Assembly: GCA_002633005.1 (NCBI GenBank)
Contig: NMRA01000039.1
Location: forward strand, 365,225 to 429,224
DNA from: Phoronis australis
Taxonomy: Eukaryota; Animalia; Phoronida
Direction of reading: 5' to 3'
DNA: 64,000 nucleotides
Part shown: piece after piece, positions 1 through 12,174 of the stretch
How positions within the stretch are numbered: the stretch's first letter is position 1
How the letters are laid out: every line of letters begins with the position of its first letter
Program-made: the position numbers and the translations under genes
The notes under the pieces: model-generated
Databases searched by the model: none
What the model saw: the letters and a program-made list of their open reading frames with translations, nothing else
What the model was told of the DNA's origin: nothing

Positions 1-453
1 CCGGTGTCGGAGGTCGTGACCTTTTACGACAAGTTGAGATATTTTTGTAAAATAATGCTTTTACTCAAAACCAATTGAAAATTAAAACAAAATAGAAATA
101 AAGTGAATCTATAAATTAAGGTGTAGCAACTGTTATAGCTTACTACATATTTTATCACGCTAAGCTTCGACCGGGAATATATCGTCTGCTAAAGTAGGTT
201 ACCACTAGTAACTGACTATAATGCTCAAGTCAAAGGATCCCGACCACACGACACCTGCATTCAAATTGGAGATCGGTGATTTACAAGTGAGAGAACACGA
301 GAGAAAAATTTCACTGAATAAAAATGTCGTTTTTATGGAAATTATGCGTCTTATTTTTCGTAGCGTATAATTGTCGGTGCAATGCCCTTTGCTGAGCATG
401 CGATTGTTACGCGTGCTCATTTAAGTATTCTATTTTCACGTTCGATGACGTCA

Positions 454-526
454 GCCGCTGAGTGGTGTAGTGGTAAAGGCGGCGACTCGCAACTGTTGAG
501 GCCCGGGTTCGAATTCGTCCTCGGTT
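454..526 (+). pseudogene. Degenerate tRNA-like sequence (A and B boxes)
   Basis: TGGTGTAGTGG A-box, GGTTCGAATTC B-box, loop CT-CGC-AA; stems pair poorly. Confidence 0.6.
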
Positions 527-1231
527 TCCCGCCAAAATGTTATCTCACTAGTCGGTTATTACACGGTTGTATCTGCCAATCGAGGCTAATATTTTGTTAT
601 AAATATAGGTTATTACATGGCGAAGTCGTTATCTAGAGCCCGAGTGGATTTTGGATTTTGGATTTTAGATAAGGGGATTACGGCTAAGGACATGTAATAA
701 TCTATTTATACCACATACTAAACGAGAAACATTGCAATGACTCTCCACGGCTTTGTAACTACTTTCTTTGTCAGAGGCCCGGGGTCGGAGGTCGTGACTT
801 TTTAAGAAAAGCCGGGCTATTTTTGTCAAATAATGCTTTTACTCAAAACCAATTGAAAACTTAAATATAATAGAAATAAATTGAATTTATAAATTAAGGT
901 TTACCAACTATTATAGCTTAAAACACGTTTTTTTTCACGCTAAGCTTCGACCGGGAAATTATCGTCTGCTAAAGTAGGTTACCACTGGTAACTGAATATA
1001 ATTCTCAAGTCAAAGATCCTGATGACACGAAACCCGCATTCAAACTGTAGATCGGTGATTTACAAGTAAGAGGACATGAGAGAAGATTTTTACTGAATTA
1101 CGATATCATTTTTATGGAAATTATGTGTATTATTTTTCGTAGCGTATAAGTACAGTACAATGCGGTTTGTTGAACATGCGATTATTGCGCGTGCTCATTT
1201 GAGTATTCTATTTTCACTCTTGGTGACGTCA

Positions 1232-1304
1232 GTCGCTGCATGGTGTAGTGGTAAAGTCGGCGACCAGCAATTTCAAGGTCCCGGGTTCGACTCCGTCCTC
1301 GGTT
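1232..1304 (+). pseudogene. Degenerate tRNA-like sequence (A and B boxes)
   Basis: TGGTGTAGTGG, GGTTCGACTCC, loop CC-AGC-AA; stems pair poorly. Confidence 0.6.
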
Positions 1305-1999
1305 TCCCGCCAAATCGTTATCTCACTAGTGAGATAACTTTATGGGTTATTACACGGCTGTATCTGCCATTTGACGCTAACATTAGCACACGTTAACGCT
1401 GGCACTTGAAGCGTCCGAAGCCGATCGCGTGGACCGGCCACATTCCTCACAGGCAACGTCGTGTTTGCCATGAAATAAGTTGTACGTAACTCAGTACACA
1501 GATATTCGGTGAGAGGTGTATATACGATAGGATTCACAACAATTCTGTCATGCGATCGGTGGACTTCGCGTGCAGGCCGCTTCGGGACCGAATCTGAGTT
1601 GGACTGGGGCGGAAACTCGAGTCTCACGTGGTGTTGGCGCCTGCTTCCTTTACATTACAGTCTGAATTCCATGCGGCCATAACGATGACTGAAACTGTTC
1701 AGAACTTTGAAACGATTTTATACATAGGGTATAGACAGCTGATTCACTCGACACAGTGTGTGGGTTGACAAATAATAGGGCTTTGAAATTTGAAAAAGCT
1801 TTCGCTGGAGATTTCATTTGACTGTCAGGTTGCACATAAACAAGACGTGCAGGTGAGTGACGGCCTTTCCAAAGGCGGCGATTTTTACCAAAAAGCAACA
1901 AGTGTTTGATATGAAAGCCACGCATATTTTGGTACATGCGCAGCATGTTTTCCTAAAAATAACATTTTTGTGAAATTGTAGTACCGTACGTAACTTTAA

Positions 2000-3651
2000 A
2001 GGAGAATGCCACCCAAAAAACAGTCTATTTTGTATCAATTTAGATAGAATAGTTCCACGGCTGACGAAGGTGTTGAAATTATTCAATGACGTAATTGGTT
2101 TCACACGCACTCTGTTCTGCAGTTCACAACACGGGTTAGTGGTGTCCGCTTATCGCTTGAATTCATCGTTTAACACCAATAAATCGTCAAACTTCGATGT
2201 AAAACCCTTAAGAATACACCGAGTTCTTATAAAAACGTGTTGTTTTATTTCGCTGTTACAGATTTACTGGCATTTGGACACACCGTAGCCTACAAAGTTC
2301 GCGGGCAGGCCAATTTACCAAGGTCCGTAGCAGGAGTTTGGGGTCTGTTCGGAGATGAATTCGAAGTATTCTTCCGTGAAATACAGACAGGAGAACCTAG
2401 ATCTGTGTTGTTTATACTTGTGATTTTTTGAGTTCTAAACACACAAAACGCTTTATATCCCGGCCAGTGGCTCGGAACCCGAGCACGAATATAAACCAGC
2501 TTGAGTTGGAAACTAAACCTCCAGTCACGGAAAGCCTATAATAGTGAGTCAAAAAAATAATGTGCACGTAATTATTTATGTGAATTAGCCACGAAACTGA
2601 AAATCTACTCTTCATGTACTTGTCGGGGGCGGCGAAGTCGGGTTCCCTTTCCACAGACCGTCAGGGCAAAGGTTGTTCAGTAACAATGATTTGAATAAGG
2701 TATTTGTATTTGTAACTAAAGATTCTCCTAACAGGTGACCATAGCATATAAAATCGAGTAATTGTTTCACAACAGCTTTCTGTCAGCAAACACTGAATTA
2801 GCATGCGCTCACATGACGGCCTCGATGCCCGGTCAATTACCTTTGTTGCCGGCATCAAAAGCCGGTAACGCAGTGGTTTATTCATTGCTGGCTTCTCAAA
2901 ACATTTGCCCTCACGAGCACTCCAAGGCATTACAAATTGTATTTAATGAGACAGACTTTGTTTCAGTTTCACATAAGCATTAGTTGACTTTGTTTCAGTT
3001 TCATATAAGCATTGGTTAGGATTCTTTTAGGATGAGAATAATTCACTTTGAAACAGAACGCAGAATAATAAACGTCTACATGGCAACTCGCCCGGCGCCA
3101 ATCCCGATTTAGTCAAGAGCTCATCCAACGAAGACTTCACGGGTCGGATCGGTAGTTTTCACAGGCTATCAGTTCGAACCGGAATGCACTGATCAAGAAA
3201 TACTAGAGAGGTGCCTTGAACATTCATAGGCAACGGACGTATGGATAGTTCTTTGATAAGCCGGAATTCGTCAGAAAAATCACTGTCGACGAAATGCCGG
3301 CAACAGACACGGAGATATTTCACGGCCTCATACTTGCTATTAACAGCATACCTTTCATTCTTCACTACCGCGAGCCACTTCCTAAGCATTTCGGCCTCTC
3401 GAGGAAGTCGAAAAAACGATATACCTGCTTTCTTCGCAGCTTCATAGTTCGGACAAGCGGCAACGTTGCACCACGATGTAGCGGCATTCACTCTGCAGAC
3501 GAACCACTGACGTCGCTGCGTCGTTTCTCACCTTCCTCACAGGTTAACGCGACACCTCTCGGCAAGGTGAGGTCGGCCGTATAAGAGGCGATGTGGATAT
3601 AGGCCGATTCAGACGGTAAAAAAGACTAATTAAATCGGGTGGCATTCTCCT
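2000..3651 (-). mobile_element. Non-autonomous Kolobok-type DNA transposon
   Basis: Perfect 15-bp TIR AGGAGAATGCCACCC, TTAA on both sides (1996-1999, 3652-3655), AG..CT termini, internal THAP ORF. Confidence 0.85.
3159..3491 (-). CDS. THAP zinc-finger ORF (transposase N-terminal remnant)
   Basis: CNVAAC...FFRLP...W...VCCRHF matches C2CH THAP with conserved P, W, F; C-terminal AVPTIF box not evident. Confidence 0.75.
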   Translation of the reverse strand: MNAATSWCNVAACPNYEAAKKAGISFFRLPREAEMLRKWLAVVKNERYAVNSKYEAVKYLRVCCRHFVDSDFSDEFRLIKELSIRPLPMNVQGTSLVFLDQCIPVRTDSL

Positions 3652-6600
3652 TTAAGGAGTCCAGCCGATCCAAACGTAATCCCATAAACGACAATGTCCT
3701 TTTAACTAGGGGCTTCCTCGTCAATGAAAAGGTAGAACACAGTCTGCATTTTTTCGTTTAATTGGGAATGACAAATCGATTGGGATTGGAGAAATTGAAA
3801 ACCCTATTAGACAACAGGTCGCGATTTTGATACTGCTCAAGACTTCCTTTCCGTGCACTGAGGCGACTTTTACGCCGATCCTCTGTGAAACTATTCTAGA
3901 CAGTTTTGTTTATGTTTTCATTGAGTGAACTTTGGCAGAATGCGTTCATTAGCCATATACGAAACAAAAAACGTTTATATAAACCAGATGGGTGTACCTT
4001 AGATTTTGTTTACACTCGTATGACCTCGGTTAGTATTTGACAGTTTAATGTTTATAAGAAAGGTCACATAAACATTATGTTATACACAGGTCCGATGGTT
4101 TTAAGTGACACTGATGTGTGCAACACACGCTGTACAAATTTGCCACGTGTGAAGTGTTCATGTGGAGTTGTTTGTGCAGACAGCAAGTGCATATTAGAAA
4201 GATCAGGCACACTGTTCTTGCAAAATAGCTTCATCGGCAGGATAGGTGCGCTGTTGATTCCAACTGAAGCCCATGTGACAAAAAGAGAGCAAAATGAACT
4301 TTCTAACTTCGCCAGTTTCCTTAGGTCAAATCAACTCACCCAGCGCGCAACGTAGTCTGGCTCAGAACCGTTCAGTCGCGTTCACCTTCAGTCAAATCTT
4401 CATTAGTCAAATATCTACAAAACTGTTGATTTTATTTCAGTAAAAGTGCACATTTACTGAAAGTAGAAAGCCTGCATAATACGGACTTTTTAGCAATCTA
4501 CGTGATAATGGCTTTTTAGCAAAAAGACATGATCGGGTTTTATTCGATATAAATGATCAAAATGAGATCTCTGTTACAGAAGAAGACTGTTGCAATTTTA
4601 TTTTTGCGCTTTCGTTTTGTGCAACTTCTTTTCACGAGAAAGTCCCATTTTTGATAGCCTCTCATACAAAAACGGGCAGGATTATTTTAAAAACAATTCA
4701 CAACAGGAGAAAATTGCATAAAACATAGTTTCTCAGAATTCCGATCTGCCATTTCTTAGATAAGATGTTCCTAAGTAAGCAAACTTTGAATATTTTTCTA
4801 GGGTCAAGATAATCCAGATTATCTAATACAGTCTATGGTTAGACTCCACCCCAGGTACATACTCCTAAATGAACCATGGAATATGGGTTATTTTTTATAA
4901 TTGAATTCAACGGTGAGTAGCGAGTTGTACTTTCAATATCCTGGAAAATATTAACATCTCGAAATTGAATTTCTTTGATGTATTAATGTTGTTTTCACAT
5001 GTAGCGCAGTTTGTGTGTAACGTTTTAAAAACGTTTTGAGATATACAGGTCACCGGCTGACCACTAAAATTAATATATTCATCTAAATGTGCGGTAAAAT
5101 GACGTTATCAAACGTTGCTGTGACTTTTAAACAAAAATACATGCAACGTTGATGCAAGCCGTGTTATAGGCAGGGTGGATTTCAATGGACTATCACATCG
5201 GTGCTATTGCGCATGCCCACTTCAATGGTGCCACCTGTGGGAGGGCCAGCTACAACTCTTCATCCGTGCGTCACAATTAAATTGACCCTTTGATTTGAGG
5301 TGAGTGAAAAGCCTTTGAAGATTGACCATTCAAACAGAGCATTAGTTAATGTCAAAGATTCAACAGGTCCAACTGCAGCTCGTCAGTAGAGGATGTCCGA
5401 TATACTGGGTTCGATAAAATTGTCCAATCGATCGATTAGTGTTGAATTTGAATGTCTTTGACGTCCGAGGTAACTTCCAAGGAATAGTTGTAAAGCAAGT
5501 AAGGAATCTTTTTCAAACTTTCGAAATATGAAGGCGATTACACGTCACGGAACCCTAATATCTGATGAAATCGACGTGCTCAGGCATTGATATTTTTAAA
5601 TTCACCTAGAATTCATCGACTTAACGTCACTGGTTTCGACCTCCTGACCTATAATCAACGGGGAGCATCTCCATATTACCATATTCCAAACAAGAATATT
5701 TCAATCAATTTTTATATACCGCCATGAATGATAAATGAAGTGATTGGCCAGTAATATTGCATGATTTCCGTATTCTGTTGGGTCAAAGTATATAATATCG
5801 GTATTTAATCGCACGCTTGCCGATGTGACCGTCATTTTACCAAAAAGTAACATGTTACGTTTCGGTGCCTTAATGTGTGGGAAAGGTTCAAAATTGTTTG
5901 AAAGTGTGGTAAGTTTTGGAGCGTGACCGGTCACGTTTCGTGAATTCAGCAACTAAGTTTTGAAAACGCGTTTGTTGAGTGGCACTCGCCGTACTAAAGC
6001 CGTCATCAGCAATGCCGGTGAGGTAGCATTCGGACGACCTGGCATTCGCCCAGTTGGATGATTCATGAAATCTCTCAGTTTATGATCAGGTTGGTAGGCC
6101 GCGGCGGCCGGCTTTGACTTGAAGTATCTTTAATTAATTTTGTCAAAGAGTTAAAACGGGATTAAATGGATTTCAATCTATGCATTAGTTAAACGTTGTG
6201 GAGTGAAAGGATTCCATGTCGCCGGATCTAATAAGCAAAAGTGCTGGATGAAAACCTAGCAGAAATAGCATATGCTACGGACCCCGCGCTGTTTGAGGCC
6301 CCGCGTTGACAGCATTCATAGAGGCACCAATAATGACATGACGTATGCATGCATGTTTCTACGCCAATAGAACCACTGACCTCAAGTGATGCGAACATGA
6401 TTTGAAAAGTTTTGTTGGGGCAACGCCATTCTGATATGTGCATGGTGAAGGGTACGGGGCCAAAAAACAGTGTGAATAAAGGTGTCCGCGTAATGCAGCT
6501 CAACGCTTACGCGCACACAAAAAAACACGAGCCGTTAAAGAAGCAGAGACTGGGCAAGGCGGGCGCCATTGATTGTTTTAACGACTCTTCAATTTACAGT

Positions 6601-6913
6601 TTTCTTGAAGTATAGCGCGGCGAAATCTTCAAAACTCGAATTTGCGCAAAATGCATATATTTGACAAAGGTAGCATTCTTTGTGTTGTAATTGGCACAGG
6701 TGTGTGCCCCTGATTAGCTGTGTGTGACTTAACCACAGCTAGGGTTGCCCAGTGGACACTCTGTCTCATCACCCAGGCAACGCTGGTTACCAGCCAAGGT
6801 CCTGTACACAATGTATGTTAAGAAGCACAATTCAAGCACAAGGGTTCCCAATGTTTTAGCTGAATTGAGTAGATCCTTGATGTCGACATACAAATCACAC
6901 TGTGTCGCATGTG

Positions 6914-7177
6914 CATGCACGCACCCAAGGGCTCGGGGGGCTCGAACGAGCCCCCTCCCCCCCATTTGACGGAGAGGGCAAAAAGGTCCGCCTGTGATAA
7001 ACAATAAGTCCGGAAAAATGAGACAAAACTCCACTAGACAAGCACAGACGCGTAATTCACAGTGGTGCGCCCGATTTTTTTTTAGTTTTTTAGTCCGCCG
7101 GCTTTTTTGTTACCAAAATTCCACGGCGTTAGGAATTCGAGCCCCCCCACCGATATTGAAGGCTGGGTGCGCGCATA
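6914..7177 (+). mobile_element. MITE (hAT-like, 5-bp TSD)
   Basis: TIR catgcacgcaccca / tgggtgcgcgcata; flanks ATGTG/ATGTA; inverted relative at 33638-33895. Confidence 0.7.
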
Positions 7178-7394
7178 ATGTATTTAAATGTTTAAATACT
7201 TAACATTTTTCACTGAACATAATTTCTAAAACAACTTAAACTTTTTGTTGATGTTTCACTAATTTCGGGAGGCTTGCTTGACTATGAACTTCGCGGCCGG
7301 ACTTATTTTGTGCAAAGCTGCTGATTGGTTGTACATGGAACCAAGAGCATACTGGCAGATAAAGAAAACAAAACCGAGCTTACTGTGACTTTAG

Positions 7395-8561
7395 CAGCCG
7401 ATTTCATAAAGGTGGTTTAACAAAATCCGGTTTAAGACTTAAACCCGGTCTTCCTAAACCTAGAATAATTTTAGACCTGACTTGCATTTCACCAACGTGG
7501 TTTAAAAGTCTGAAAGCCTGGTTTTGCTAGACCAGGGGGGAGCTGGTTCAATAAAACCAGGTTTAAAGTATCAAAGGCACCCCACTGTGTCGAGCTGGGT
7601 AAACCCAACAAAGAAACTATTGAAGTGCTTCAATGAAACCTTGATCACGTGGGTATACAATGGCATATACTAGTAGAATCAGTGCAAACATTGACGAAAA
7701 ACATCTAAAAACTTTTCTCATGAGGAAAACTGTAATTTCTGTGCCAAACACACACATTAAAGAACATGCTCATGATTAGATTTAACATGGTAAATGCCCA
7801 AATTTATTTCCTTGTCATTTTAGTGTTTATTTTTCGCGGCAAAAGGGGAACAAGGCCCCTTCGTGGCAACATTACATTGGAGAACAGTGAAGGGAACTCA
7901 GTCAGAAGAATCAGAAGATGTTGTCTTTAGTCAAATCCGTAGCGCTTACGACGATGACACCCTGCTCGACCAGTCGTAATCTGAGAAATCCGCAGGACAC
8001 ACTCCAGGAAGTACTGGTCTACGCATAGGCGGATCCACGGGGGTCAAGGGGTCCGGAGTCCCCTTTTTCCCTTGATTTTAGTGATATCAAATCTATAATT
8101 TTCAAGTTATTGACTTAGCCCCCCTTTCAAAAAGTCCTTGACCGTCCCCCCCTTTAAAAATGCTGGATCCGCCCCTGCTACGTTTGATCTTGTGTCATAG
8201 TAAAACTGAATATTGAAAATAGTCCATTTTCGCTCTAAAACTGCGTGGCAATTGCACTCCGCGGCATCATTCAGTTGTACCTATACCATGCAAGTCTGAT
8301 ATATTTAACAGTTTAACCTGGGTCTGACCAAGTCTAAAGTTAAACATGGTTTAAGATTTTAATACAGGTCTAAAGAGTATAGACCTCGTTGGTGAAATGA
8401 AAACTGACTTAGTTCAGGTCCAAACTGGAGATAAACCAGGTTTTACTAGACCACTGGTCTAAAAGTTAAACCACCTTTATGAAATGCAGATTATTTTTAA
8501 ACCTGGTCCAAGTCCAGTTTAAACCAGGTTTAGCTGTAAACCACCTTTATGAAATCGGCTG
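7395..8561. mobile_element. Non-autonomous PIF/Harbinger-like element
   Basis: 25-bp TIR cagccgatttcataaaggtggttta; 3-bp TSD TAG; many subterminal aaaccagg/cctggttt motifs. Confidence 0.8.
8024..8177. mobile_element. MITE (hAT5-like)
   Basis: TIR cataggcggatcca / tggatccgcccctg; exact 5-bp TSD CTACG. Confidence 0.85.
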
Positions 8562-8579
8562 TAGTTGTTCGGGCAATCT

Positions 8580-9080
8580 CAACCCGGTCACTCCGTCTGC
8601 GAGATTTATAACGCGAGTGTTCTTAGTTGTTATCGAAGCTTGCTTGCTCTGTCAAAGCTCCAAAAGCCTACGGAATTTGCAACAGTATATACGGTCACTT
8701 CGATAGCTGACAATTTGAACAGTCGACGAAACCATAACAGTATCAGCTAATCTGTTCAACAAATGTCGTCAAGACTTGGAGGAAAGTCTCGGTGAACTGC
8801 TGAAAACCGACCTAGGTAGTCACATTGGCAGCAAAAACAACCAAGATCCAGCATCGGTCTATAACCGACAGGGGTCTGGAGTCGTGTTTTCCAAATGTCG
8901 AAATCGTCATAAACATCTACCAGTCTCTCATGGTTACTAATTGGTGCGGCGAACGTTCGTTTTCAAAACTAATACGCTCAGAAGCAAAATGAGACTGGTA
9001 AAGTAGAACAACCTGACACTGATGACTATTGAGCATGAACTGTTACGTGACATTGACGCTTCATCTATAATTGGTAATGC
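8580..9080 (+). pseudogene. hAT transposase C-terminal dimerisation domain fossil (ZMYM1-like)
   Basis: FPNVEIVINIYQSLMVTNWCGERSFSKL / NTLRSKM...NNLTLMTIEHELLRDID, with frameshift and stops. Confidence 0.85.
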
Positions 9081-10077
9081 GAAGTGCAGAAATTGTCCAC
9101 AGAACTTCAGACATGCAACCTAAGCAGGGCGAGATCGAAGTTGCCATTCCAAGTCGGATACATACACAAGGGTGACTGCAGACAACAACACTGAGAACTG
9201 AGCTGTCTGTGTCAAGTGATGAACGATAGCTCACCTCACACCTCACGTCATGGCTCAAACCCGTTAGAAGATGTTAAAAACGATTTTTCCATCCAATTCC
9301 GTGAAATGAAATGATGCTCTATAACCCTCGACAACCCTCAAGTCTACTGGACGAGCAAGCGTGACCTACTCTTCAACGGTAACACATGTAAATTTGGTTC
9401 CAACAGTATGTTAAGAGCATCGCTCTGAGCCCACTAGTGCCATAAATTGACAAATGTAACGAACTGTGAGGCGTATTGGCTCTCTTTTGTCTACGTCACC
9501 GCGAGAATCACCTTTTAATATTCAAACAGATCTCGCGGTGACGCAACATGGCCCGAAACGGCAGCTTCACTTATCATTTGACGGGCTCACACTTGTGTGA
9601 TTGTACTCGCGTTTTTTTATTTTACTAAAGACTTTGCTAGGACTATCTGGTTAGCCTAATACATCTAAAGTAACAAAATTCCGTTGAAGTTAGGCTTTAA
9701 GCGAATTACATGGCAACTGTGGGGAAAGACCACCCACCAAGAACCACCATATCCAATTTGTGACATAAGGAGTATAAATTTTTAGTTGATTCATTCATTC
9801 ATCTTTAAAGATTGACGCCAATGATGCATTAATAGGTGACAGAACGAGGTTTGACCGAAATCATCAGGACAACACCTTTTATGTCGGGAGAAGATGCGGT
9901 CTCAATTACTTTCTTTCCCAACAATGAAAATTGCACCTATTTTGCTTTTGCTTCGAGATAATCGTCGGGTGAGCATCTGAGTGGGGCCCCGCGTTTTGCT
10001 ACGGACCCTGGAACTGCTTGATCCGGCTCTGAATAAGTGGCGGACCAAAAATGTTTGTAATGTGATGTCAATGTAAT

Positions 10078-10258
10078 AATCAACAGTTCAATATCTGGGT
10101 AGAGTTCAGTAACGCTAGGACCTCGTTAAAATATAGCCAAAGTCACGTGTTCTAATTTGAAATACACGGCAATATCTCACGTAATCTCGCGAAGTCTTGC
10201 TTTTTGGCGTGGCGCTAGCGCTACTGAACTCTTTCCTGGTCTTGATCTGCTGTTGATT
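10078..10258. mobile_element. Old palindromic MITE
   Basis: aatcaacag...agagttcagta.cgctag pairs with ctagcg.tactgaactct...ctgttgatt. Confidence 0.55.
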
Positions 10259-11333
10259 GATTATCTGCTCATGGTTTACTTTCCTTTGAAAGTCGGTCGC
10301 TTAAGATTACTGTTTGCGTAACGTAACGGTTCAGTCTGTAAGTTAGTTTTAGTGTTACAAGTAAGATAAGTTGTGTTAGTGTTGTAGTAAAGGGTTCAAA
10401 ATTTATTTATCAATTTGAACTCAGCTGATCACGTCGTGTAGTTGCATAACGGCGTGGGTCTTGTTAAGGTTACATGTATGTAGTACCGTGTAAAAACAGC
10501 CAAAATTCAGAACATCATTTCTCAGAAACGGCTGATTGGATTCATATGTAACTATCGGATGCAATGCGTCATGCACTATTCTCAAAACGGCCTTTAGGAA
10601 TTGTTTTGAGAATGTTTCACTTTTGCGTGAAGAGCTATCACAAAAAGTACTCTTATGATTTTCACGAACAATCGTTAAAGTTGATAAAACGAAAACGAAA
10701 TAATATTTTTGAAAACTGTTACAGCGTTTTTGAAATCTCGTCCTGAGCATTTATATCAAATAAAATTTGATCATGTTATTGATACCGTTGTTTTGCCATC
10801 AATGTACCTTTCTTTTTTGTTAAATTTTACTAAAAAGGCATGGTCACGTGACCCAATTAATAACAGTTTGCTCAAAATTCCGCAGCCTTAAATATATACT
10901 TTTACTTAGTTAATATTTATACTTTTCTAAATATGTTGTTAAATGCACAGACATGTCGATAAGACACTACATGTACATAACCTAAGTAATGTAAAAACCT
11001 TTAAAAATGATAAAAGTTTCATTTTTAAAATTCACACCTCGGCGTTTTAGGTTTTATCGAAGCTTCTAATCATAAGACACCGACTTCAAAACCGACGGCA
11101 CAAAATGATGTTATTAATTGCTTTGTACTATTTTTGCGGAAGCTTTCACTTTCGCTAAGTCTTATCGCAAAACTGTAGAAAATCTGCATTTTAAGAGGGT
11201 ACTTATCCCTTAACGGAAATTGTTTTTGTTCCGAGTACTTGACAGTTGCGCATCCCGGTTGCGCATGCAACGTGTGAGTCTCATTTTAAGATTAATCAAA
11301 TACAACACAGAAATGTGGTAATCTGACCAAAGA

Positions 11334-11343
11334 TTTATTTATT
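11334..11343 (-). terminator. Polyadenylation signal of the collagen gene
   Basis: Overlapping AATAAATAAA about 690 nt past the stop, followed by GU-rich TTTCTGTGTTGTATTTG. Confidence 0.65.
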
Positions 11344-12027
11344 GTATAAAATCTACATCGAGCTTTTAGTTCGTCTACATCTCCTTCAAAGCTAGTTCCA
11401 ACCTGACACTATTATTATTTCAGTGCCTCTATACCAGTAGTGAGATTTATGGCAAAGCGTATCTTGCGAAAGGACTAGCCGCTGTCTGGTCGTCTTAGTG
11501 ATGTCAGCAGTGACGTCACAGGAGGTAGAACCAGAAACTATGTCAATACTAGAGTCACCTACTATCATACAAAATAAGCACCATCATGAAATCACGTTAG
11601 TGAGCGAGACATTGAGAGATTATCCTCTCCAGCACACTCATTTTTATTAATAGTATTATGGTCTTCAATAATAAAATGGCAGTATTTAGCTGTTATCACA
11701 AAGTGGGAATTGTTCTAAAATAAACAAATAAAACCCTTTCCTCCGAGGGTCAGAGATCATTTTAAAAATCACTCGAGATGAGTGCTTGACTCTGCGTGAA
11801 AGGGTTTCGTTTATTGCATGGTACATTACCACTTATAAATTGAGCTGCGAGGATTTTTAAAATGATCCCATGGAGGCCATGGTTCTGATATCAAATCTCC
11901 ACCCCATTTAAATACCCTCAACGAACAAATCTCGAATGCTATTCGCTTGATCTCGGAACGAGAGTGTAATTTGACAAATATTTAAAACATAATTAATGCA
12001 GATCGAATCTTCAAATGAAAAATGCTT

Positions 12028-12174
12028 TTATGAGTAGAAGCAGACTTCGCCAATTGTGATTCCAAACTTGGCGTCTCCTTGTGAATCCTTTAGATAGATA
12101 TCTGTAATTGGTAGTCGCTCTGCATTCTTTGTGTCAACTTTCAGTACTGTCGATGCCCATTTGCTGGCCTTGAA
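12028..12174 (-). CDS. Collagen exon 34 (COLFI end, stop TAA)
   Basis: [48 protein letters not shown]. Confidence 0.96.
   Translation of the reverse strand, partial: FKASKWASTVLKVDTKNAERLPITDIYLKDSQGDAKFGITIGEVCFYS

Larger units (their letters stand above)
1..1375 (+). repeat. Tandem repeat, unit about 778 bp, at least 2 copies, runs off the window start
   Basis: 1.. and 779.. are colinear (e.g. ctaagcttcgaccggga...atcgtctgctaaagtaggttaccact in both). Confidence 0.9.
6215..10030 (+). mobile_element. Decayed hAT transposon with nested insertions
   Basis: Ends catgtcgccggatct / tgatccggctctg with shared subterminal gctacggaccc and ggccccgcg; transposase remnant inside; boundaries approximate. 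Confidence 0.5.

Noticed and set aside
454-1304. Functional tRNA-Ala genes
   Set aside because: Acceptor, anticodon and T stems do not pair properly; kept only as tRNA-like pseudogenes
2661-2930. Second Kolobok ORF or transposase C-terminus
   Set aside because: No motif recognisable with confidence without a profile search
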